Made by a program: the position numbers and the translations under genes. DNA of 64,000 nt, from the IMG/VR virus record IMGVR_UViG_3300048011_000525, positions 51,583 to 115,582 of that record; one strand, written 5' to 3'. Source of the stretch: a virus. Of this stretch, positions 58,844 through 64,000 are shown piece by piece. Each line of letters opens with the position of its first letter. The stretch's first letter is position 1. The notes under the pieces were generated by a model. That model saw only the letters and a list, made by a program, of their open reading frames with translations, did not search any database and was not told the DNA's origin.

Positions 58844-59359
58844 TTACTTGTCTAGATTGTGTACCACTACAACTGGCTTGCCTGCGTCTATAGGGCTTGC
58901 AAATTCAATATACCATCCAGGAGGTTTTCCTGCTGGATTTTGTACTACATCATAGTTAGTTATTGGAACTTGTACAACATTTTCTACAAATACAAGAATT
59001 TGTTGTGGAGTAGTTGGGTATGGAAAATCTGGATCTTGACTGTTTAACGTTCCAAACACTGTTTCGATTGCATCGCCATTACCTAAGTTTTGCCATATAA
59101 TGCCGGGGTCTCTATTTGGTTCTTTATAACGTATTTGTCTCCATGCATCGTCTTGATACACTTCAAATTCGCTTACATCTGTGTTGTAACGCATATGTCC
59201 ATTTTTTGGAAACTGTGGACGAGTTTCTGTAGGTCCTTTAGGGACAAGAACAACATTTTCACTGTCAAGAATAACTTCTTTATCAACGGCAGTTACGTGT
59301 ACGCCTCTGCCGATACCAAGGCTTCTAGTGTTTGTTGTTTGTCTCTTAATATACTTCAT
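58844..59359 (-). CDS. Virion structural protein
   Basis: VPKGPTETRP..GHMRYNTD module plus ILVFVENVVQ.P..NY domain. Confidence 0.55.
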   Translation of the reverse strand: MKYIKRQTTNTRSLGIGRGVHVTAVDKEVILDSENVVLVPKGPTETRPQFPKNGHMRYNTDVSEFEVYQDDAWRQIRYKEPNRDPGIIWQNLGNGDAIETVFGTLNSQDPDFPYPTTPQQILVFVENVVQVPITNYDVVQNPAGKPPGWYIEFASPIDAGKPVVVVHNLDK

Positions 59360-59703
59360 TAGACTTCCATATAACTTACGGTTGCTGTAATATTAGTCGG
59401 TGATGTACTTGATGCTCTAATAATATCGCCTGCCTCAAGTATAATTTTTTCTTCGTTAAATGTAAATGTTTCACCTGCAGGAATTGGAATATTGTTTAGT
59501 ACCATATTGTCTACTCCTGCTGCTACACCGCCTGCACAAAAATGCACGTCTAAGTATGAGTCGCCGCCGTCTGTGTATATTTCTTCTTGTGGGTTAACAG
59601 CAACATTACAAAACAACATAGCAGTTACAGCCCAGCTTTTGCCTGCTGGTACTTCTAATATGCTTGTATCTCCGCCGCCAACTTGTGTTGATTGTATTGC
59701 CAT
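59359..59703 (-). CDS. Small beta-rich virion structural protein
   Basis: VPAG..WAV...FCN, IPAGETFTF..EKIILEAGD. Confidence 0.55.
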   Translation of the reverse strand: MAIQSTQVGGGDTSILEVPAGKSWAVTAMLFCNVAVNPQEEIYTDGGDSYLDVHFCAGGVAAGVDNMVLNNIPIPAGETFTFNEEKIILEAGDIIRASSTSPTNITATVSYMEV

Positions 59704-59712
59704 TTTTTCTTC

Positions 59713-60783
59713 CTAAAATATCATCGAAAACAATAATGCTTTCTTTTTACTTACCAATTCGTCTTGTGATCCGTAGCCGTTAACGAAATACAAACTTGTA
59801 CCCCCTACACCTTCTTCTCTACTAAAGATTTTAATGCCGTCTACAGGTGCATCTGGATTTAATTCGTCAGTGTCTTCGCCGAATGCAAACGTACCGCCTG
59901 CTGCGCCGTCATCGCCTTGATAAGGTCCTTCTGGAATATAAAGTACGTCATTAATTTGTACATTTCCTACACCGGGTGCTTTAAGCACTAAGTCAGTATT
60001 ACTTGATGTTGTTTCAATAGTTGTATCTTGTATTCTTAAGTGTTGCAGTTCTGTTCTATCGTTAAAGAAAAATGCTGCTGGATTATTATCAATAGTAAAT
60101 TCAATAGCACTTACTGCGTTGCCGCCGTCTGTGTCATGGACAGCAACATACGTATCATCGTTTTCAATTCTTGACTGGAACTTACCAACAAAGAAACCTT
60201 CAACATAGTCTTCTAATCCTTGTGCATTAATTAATGCATCATCGTATCCTGCTTTGATAATAGGATTAGCTGCAAAGTCTACAATATCGTTAGTCGGATT
60301 AGCTGGATCAGTAGTGTATTCGAATATCTGTTTATGATATTCATTACATCCCTGTACTGTAACTACACCAGTGCCTTGACTTACTAAATTTAAGTCTGCG
60401 CCGCCTGTGTTAATGCTTGTGGTTCTAATTCCTACAATTGCACCAGTTTGTGCGTTGCCGATTCTTCCTACAAATGCACCAGCACCGGGTGCTTGTGTAA
60501 CAATCCCTTCATCAAATGCCCAAAATGCGTCTGAGCCGCCTCTGTCAATTTGTATACCTGCAACATCATTAGTAATTTGGCCGCCGCTAACATTATCTTG
60601 ATTTACAGTAATAAATGGATCGTCAACACTTAGCTGAGTGCTGTTTATAACAGTTTGTTCACCGTCAATTTGTAAGTCGCCCATAATTCTTACTATGCCG
60701 CTGTTACCTGGATCAAGACGAATTTCTCCGCCGTCGGTTACTGTAACTTTATAATCACCACTTACATTTAAATACTTTGACAT
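59713..60783 (-). CDS. Fibre-related structural protein
   Basis: GDLQIDGEQTVINST.L.VDDPFI.VN, AGIQIDRG, NTDLVLKAPGVG repeat variant. Confidence 0.6.
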   Translation of the reverse strand: MSKYLNVSGDYKVTVTDGGEIRLDPGNSGIVRIMGDLQIDGEQTVINSTQLSVDDPFITVNQDNVSGGQITNDVAGIQIDRGGSDAFWAFDEGIVTQAPGAGAFVGRIGNAQTGAIVGIRTTSINTGGADLNLVSQGTGVVTVQGCNEYHKQIFEYTTDPANPTNDIVDFAANPIIKAGYDDALINAQGLEDYVEGFFVGKFQSRIENDDTYVAVHDTDGGNAVSAIEFTIDNNPAAFFFNDRTELQHLRIQDTTIETTSSNTDLVLKAPGVGNVQINDVLYIPEGPYQGDDGAAGGTFAFGEDTDELNPDAPVDGIKIFSREEGVGGTSLYFVNGYGSQDELVSKKKALLFSMIF

Positions 60784-60795
60784 TTATTAATTCCT

Positions 60796-60825
60796 AAAAA
60801 GTAGTAGGGGATTGCTCCCCTACTA
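60796..60825 (-). terminator. Hairpin/terminator after the 134-aa gene, abutting the next gene's SD
   Basis: Minus strand TAGTAGGGGA-GCAA-TCCCCTACTA-CTTTTT then AGGA..ATG. Confidence 0.75.
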
Positions 60826-60833
60826 TTCTATTC

Positions 60834-61238
60834 TTAGTCAGCTTCGAAATCGTCAGCACCTGTGAATGAATCATCAGTACCAGCTTCTTCCATTTCAACT
60901 GCGCCGTCAGCATTATCATCACTAAAGTTCCAAGCAATACTTGTGCCTGTATCTAGTGTAACTTTACGTCCTGCAATTTTAGTTACTTGACGTGCTGTGC
61001 CGCCATCGTCTTTAACTGTAATAGTCATATCGCCTACTGCTAGAGCACCTTGCGATACATCTGCTAATGTGCAATCTTCTGTGTTTGTGCCGTCTGTGCA
61101 ACGGAACTTTTTGCTTCCTAATTGCTTTACAATCCAACCGTTTGCTTCGGCTTGTCCTGTTGCACGGAAACGTACTTTAATTTCGTTACCGCCAACTGTT
61201 GGCTCTCCGAAAAATCTTTTGTTAATTGGTCTTCCCAT
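60834..61238 (-). CDS. Hypothetical, probably abundant virion protein
   Basis: MGRPINKRFFG..G.IVKQLGSKKF; own late box (61334-39), AGGAG SD and downstream hairpin. Confidence 0.6.
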   Translation of the reverse strand: MGRPINKRFFGEPTVGGNEIKVRFRATGQAEANGWIVKQLGSKKFRCTDGTNTEDCTLADVSQGALAVGDMTITVKDDGGTARQVTKIAGRKVTLDTGTSIAWNFSDDNADGAVEMEEAGTDDSFTGADDFEAD

Positions 61239-61344
61239 TTGTTTTCTCCTATAAAAAGTAGTCCTATGCCCGTTCTATGGGCTACGCTGTGGTGCAGCAT
61301 AAGTCCGCCTTGCGGCACACTATCTGACATATGTATTTATCAAA

Positions 61345-61375
61345 TAAGAAAAAAGCCCGCATAGTGGCGGGCTTT
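61345..61375 (-). terminator. Intrinsic terminator downstream of pqqA
   Basis: Minus strand AAAGCCCGC-cactat-GCGGGCTTT-TTTCTT. Confidence 0.85.
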
Positions 61376-61430
61376 GTTTACTCGCAATCTAATGTTTCTA
61401 TTAGCTTGCTCATATCTATTTTTGATTCTT

Positions 61431-61502
61431 CTACTTGTTCATTACATACATTGTTACTTCGAATCCGAATCTCATCTCTGTTGCTGTTGGTTTTGTCCAC
61501 AT
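61431..61502 (-). CDS. pqqA: Pyrroloquinoline quinone precursor peptide (23 aa), below the ORF-track cutoff
   Basis: Hand translation MWTKPTATEMRFGFEVTMYVMNK*; MW.KP..., GFEVTMY with the E-x-x-x-Y core; AGGAG SD 6 nt upstream. Confidence 0.93.
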   Translation of the reverse strand: MWTKPTATEMRFGFEVTMYVMNK

Positions 61503-61545
61503 AGTGTACTCCTAAAATTAAGTTAATAAAATTGTACTGCAATAC

Positions 61546-61561
61546 TATTTAAACATATTTA
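61546..61561 (-). promoter_or_regulatory. Tandem late boxes upstream of pqqA
   Basis: TAAATA at 61556-61 and 61546-51 on the minus strand; AT-rich context weakens the call. Confidence 0.55.
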
Positions 61562-61586
61562 GAGACAAAAATCATCCGTAAAATCA

Positions 61587-61682
61587 TTAAAGATATATAC
61601 GTTTTAATAAAATATCATTTATTTTTTTAATATGGTGCTGTTTGATTAATTGCTTGTAGCACCAAAGGGTATAGTTAGTCAT
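61587..61682 (-). CDS. 31-aa basic peptide downstream of the glutamine riboswitch
   Basis: MTNYTLWCYKQLIKQHHIKKINDILLKRIYL*; strong GAGGAG SD. Confidence 0.65.
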   Translation of the reverse strand: MTNYTLWCYKQLIKQHHIKKINDILLKRIYL

Positions 61683-61708
61683 ACACTTCTCCTCGTTAAA
61701 GTTAAAGT

Positions 61709-61751
61709 GCGTTCCTTCGCAATATGCTACTTCCGTCCCGTAGGATGAACG
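61709..61751 (-). ncRNA. Glutamine riboswitch (glnA RNA motif, glutamine-I class)
   Basis: Minus strand CGUUC-A-UCC(UACG)GGA-C-GGAAGUA-GCA(UAU)UGC-GAAG-GAACGC: P1 CGUUC/GAACG, P2, P3 and the GGAAGUA/GAAG junction of the glnA motif as recalled; TAAATA at 61758-63. Confidence 0.82.
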
Positions 61752-61766
61752 TAATATTATTTAGTC

Positions 61767-61794
61767 AAAAAAAGGGCGACCTAAGCCGCCCTTT
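61767..61794 (-). terminator. Intrinsic terminator of the major capsid gene
   Basis: Minus strand AAAGGGCGGC-ttag-GTCGCCCTTT-TTTT. Confidence 0.88.
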
Positions 61795-61818
61795 AATGCT
61801 GTTATTACCTAAGTAATA

Positions 61819-62997
61819 TTATGAGAACGTTACGTTACTCATAGTTACTGTACCTAGATAATCCGCTGCGTTACCTAAAGATGACGCAGTGTTGTTTAGC
61901 TCAACATAACCATAACGTGTCATGAAGCTAACAACTGGCTCAAAGCTATCTGGGTCTAGTACTACACCGCTGCTCATCAATGGGATGTATGGGCAGTAGA
62001 ATGCAGCAGCATCTGACTCTGAAGAACCTTTGTAACCAACTAGTACGTTGCTGTCGTCAGCACTGTATGTGTTTACATAGATTTTCATAGCATTGTTCAA
62101 TGTACCAACAAACTTAGTGTTTGTAGGTGCTTCAAACGAACCTTCAGTTGTACGTGCAAACGCTGAAGTAGTTGCTGATTGTAGAACAGTTAGTGCCTGT
62201 GGAGACACAACAGCCCAGTTACCAGCGCCACGACGTGTGCGTTGTGCAATAGTGTTTGCAACACGGTTGATTTGAACAGCTAGTGCAGCATGTTCATCAC
62301 CAACGAATGTAGCTGTACCACTAACACCTGCTTGGTTGTATGCTTCTTGATTTGAAGTTCCTGCTAGTGAGTTAAGTGATCCTAGGACCTCTTGATCAAT
62401 TTCAGCAGTAATTTCTTGTGCTAAAGCAGCCATAATTTCAGCTTCAACATCGATGCCATGCTGTGACTGTGCGTCTTGCGCAGCCTCAAATGTCCAACGA
62501 GCTGATAGCTTACGTGATTTAGCTTCAACAGTTTGCTTCAAGATTTGGATGCTTAGTTTGTTACCAGCATTACCTTCTAGTGAAGCAGTTGAATCTGCTT
62601 TACCAGTTCCAGCACCTGAGTACTGTTCTGCAATCTTGAATGGGCTTAGTGCCTCTTCACCAGATACAGTAGTTTGTGCTGCATCTGCTGAGTTTGTTAC
62701 AGCGTCCGCATAGCGAACACGTAGTGTGTGGATTTGGCCCACTGGACCTGTCATAGGTTGTACACCTACCAATTCGTTTGCAATAACGGTTGGCATTACA
62801 CGTCTAATGACTGGTAAAATAACACGATTAAGTGTTGCGACATTGCCTGCAGAAGTTGCTCCAGCTGTAGCCGACTCTGACAAATACTTACGAGTATTTT
62901 CAAGAGTACTTGCCATTACAGATTTTTTATTACCTGTTAAGCCTTCTAATAGAGCACCTTTAGTCTCCTGCCAGCGACTTTCTAGTAGTTCCGACAT
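61819..62997 (-). CDS. Major capsid protein (T4 gp23-like)
   Basis: RRVMPTVIANELVGVQPMTGPVGQI, VEAKSRKL.A.WT.E.AQD, EI.AEIDQE, TRRGAGN, GYKG..E.DA..FYCPYIPL, F.TRYG. Confidence 0.96.
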   Translation of the reverse strand: MSELLESRWQETKGALLEGLTGNKKSVMASTLENTRKYLSESATAGATSAGNVATLNRVILPVIRRVMPTVIANELVGVQPMTGPVGQIHTLRVRYADAVTNSADAAQTTVSGEEALSPFKIAEQYSGAGTGKADSTASLEGNAGNKLSIQILKQTVEAKSRKLSARWTFEAAQDAQSQHGIDVEAEIMAALAQEITAEIDQEVLGSLNSLAGTSNQEAYNQAGVSGTATFVGDEHAALAVQINRVANTIAQRTRRGAGNWAVVSPQALTVLQSATTSAFARTTEGSFEAPTNTKFVGTLNNAMKIYVNTYSADDSNVLVGYKGSSESDAAAFYCPYIPLMSSGVVLDPDSFEPVVSFMTRYGYVELNNTASSLGNAADYLGTVTMSNVTFS

Positions 62998-63011
62998 TTT
63001 AATCTCCTTAA

Positions 63012-63998
63012 TTATATTCCAGCAAGACGTTTAAATTCAACCAAGTTGTCTTTTGTTGCGTCTGCTTGTCTACTAACGTTAGTTTGTGAAACTTGTTCAC
63101 GATTGCCTGTGATTTCTTTGCCTTCTGTAATTTTAGCCTTTTTGGCTGGAGTGTTACCGTCAATAACCGCCGGTAGGTACTTGTCAAACGACTTACGTAA
63201 GTTAGCTGTTTGGACAGATTCCAGTAAATCCATCATGATTTCTTTCTGATCATTGTTTAGAGGACCAGTTAGTTCATTAATTACATCTTTGCGCTCTGCT
63301 GCTTCAACTAAACGCTTCTTCTCAGTTGCCTGAGCTTCTGCTAATGTTTTAGCTTTAGATGCAAATGCTTTTGCTTCTGCTAATTGTGCGTCCTTAGCTT
63401 TAAGAACGTTCATTAGTTTGGCTGTTTCTGACTTCTCGTTTAAGTAAGAGCCAGCATATTCAGAAGCAAATGCTTCGAATAGTTTGCGACCGAAGTCGTT
63501 TCTACGTGCTTCTTCAATATCTTCTTTAAGTCCGCCGATTTCACTCTTAAGAGCTTTATCAACTGTCTCAGATACTGCTTTAGCACTTCTTTCGATAAAG
63601 TTAGTTTTAACTTTAGCGAAGTGTGTCTTAGCTTCACGTACTAAACGTACTTTTGTTTCAGCTAAGTCTTTCTTATCTTCATTGAATTCTGCAATTTCTT
63701 TTGCAAGTGCTTCAACAACAAATTCTTCAAGTTTTCCGAAGTTTTCAGCCATTGCTTTTTGATCTTCATGTAGCTCACTAACTTCTTTAGTTAGTTGCTC
63801 CATAACAAATCCTTTTAGTGTTTCAGCATTTTCACGCTGAGCTACTGCATACTTTGCACGGGCTTCTGCTAATTGCTTACGATCTTCAGCAAATTCAGCA
63901 ATTTCTTCTGCTAAACGCTCAGATACTAAAGAATCAATAGCTTCAACCATTGTTCCTTTATCATGCTCGTATTTTTGAGCAAATTCTTCACGTAGTTC
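63012..63998 (-). CDS. Prohead core/scaffolding protein (gp22-like), 5' end outside the window
   Basis: E/K/A-rich coiled coil just upstream of the MCP; frame stays open past 63950 (..ELREEFAQKYEHDKGTMVEAID). Confidence 0.8.
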   Translation of the reverse strand, partial: ELREEFAQKYEHDKGTMVEAIDSLVSERLAEEIAEFAEDRKQLAEARAKYAVAQRENAETLKGFVMEQLTKEVSELHEDQKAMAENFGKLEEFVVEALAKEIAEFNEDKKDLAETKVRLVREAKTHFAKVKTNFIERSAKAVSETVDKALKSEIGGLKEDIEEARRNDFGRKLFEAFASEYAGSYLNEKSETAKLMNVLKAKDAQLAEAKAFASKAKTLAEAQATEKKRLVEAAERKDVINELTGPLNNDQKEIMMDLLESVQTANLRKSFDKYLPAVIDGNTPAKKAKITEGKEITGNREQVSQTNVSRQADATKDNLVEFKRLAGI

Positions 63999-64000
63999 AG

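Noticed and set aside
60997-61364. Track ORFs 60997..61254, 61122..61364 and 61127..61330
   Set aside because: They overlap the 134-aa gene and its structured leader, with no recognisable motifs. 61127..61330 starts 3 nt after a late box, so a leaderless uORF is not fully excluded.
2908-63762. Many plus-strand ORFs antisense to structural genes (e.g. 2908, 39040, 48014, 53740, 62726, 63484) and short off-frame minus ORFs
   Set aside because: No SD or promoter; low-complexity V/L/P/S/T composition expected from the antisense frame of codon-biased repeat genes
1-64000. tRNA, rRNA, introns, inteins or stop-codon recoding
   Set aside because: No cloverleaf or splicing signatures noticed by eye; long genes read through in the standard code and TAG ends genes normally

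Overview
AT-rich segment of a large T4-like (contractile-tailed) phage genome, probably aquatic or marine, covering the virion morphogenesis region. It runs from a tail-tube paralog, tube, sheath and neck/terminator genes (1-9.6 kb), through two convergent enzyme operons (10.0-21.3 kb), three Cys-rich paralogs and a ~36 kb block of fibre-like proteins (largest 666, 4021, 2620, 1739 and 1894 aa), to the major capsid protein and scaffold (61.8-64 kb). The enzyme operons encode ADP-heptose biosynthesis (HldE, HldD, GmhB), a GT9-like transferase, a carbamoyltransferase, an SGNH-like protein, seven 2OG-Fe(II) oxygenases and a parvulin. The ORF track misses the most unusual element, a ~420 bp terminator-bounded cassette just downstream of the major capsid gene. 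It contains a late promoter, a glnA-type glutamine riboswitch, a 31-aa basic peptide, and a phage-encoded PQQ precursor peptide (pqqA, MWTKPTATEMRFGFEVTMYVMNK) of Methylophilaceae-like type. Structural genes are preceded by TAAATA late boxes and enzyme genes by near-consensus sigma70 promoters, and several transcripts appear leaderless. All assignments are motif recognition by eye; no searches were run.
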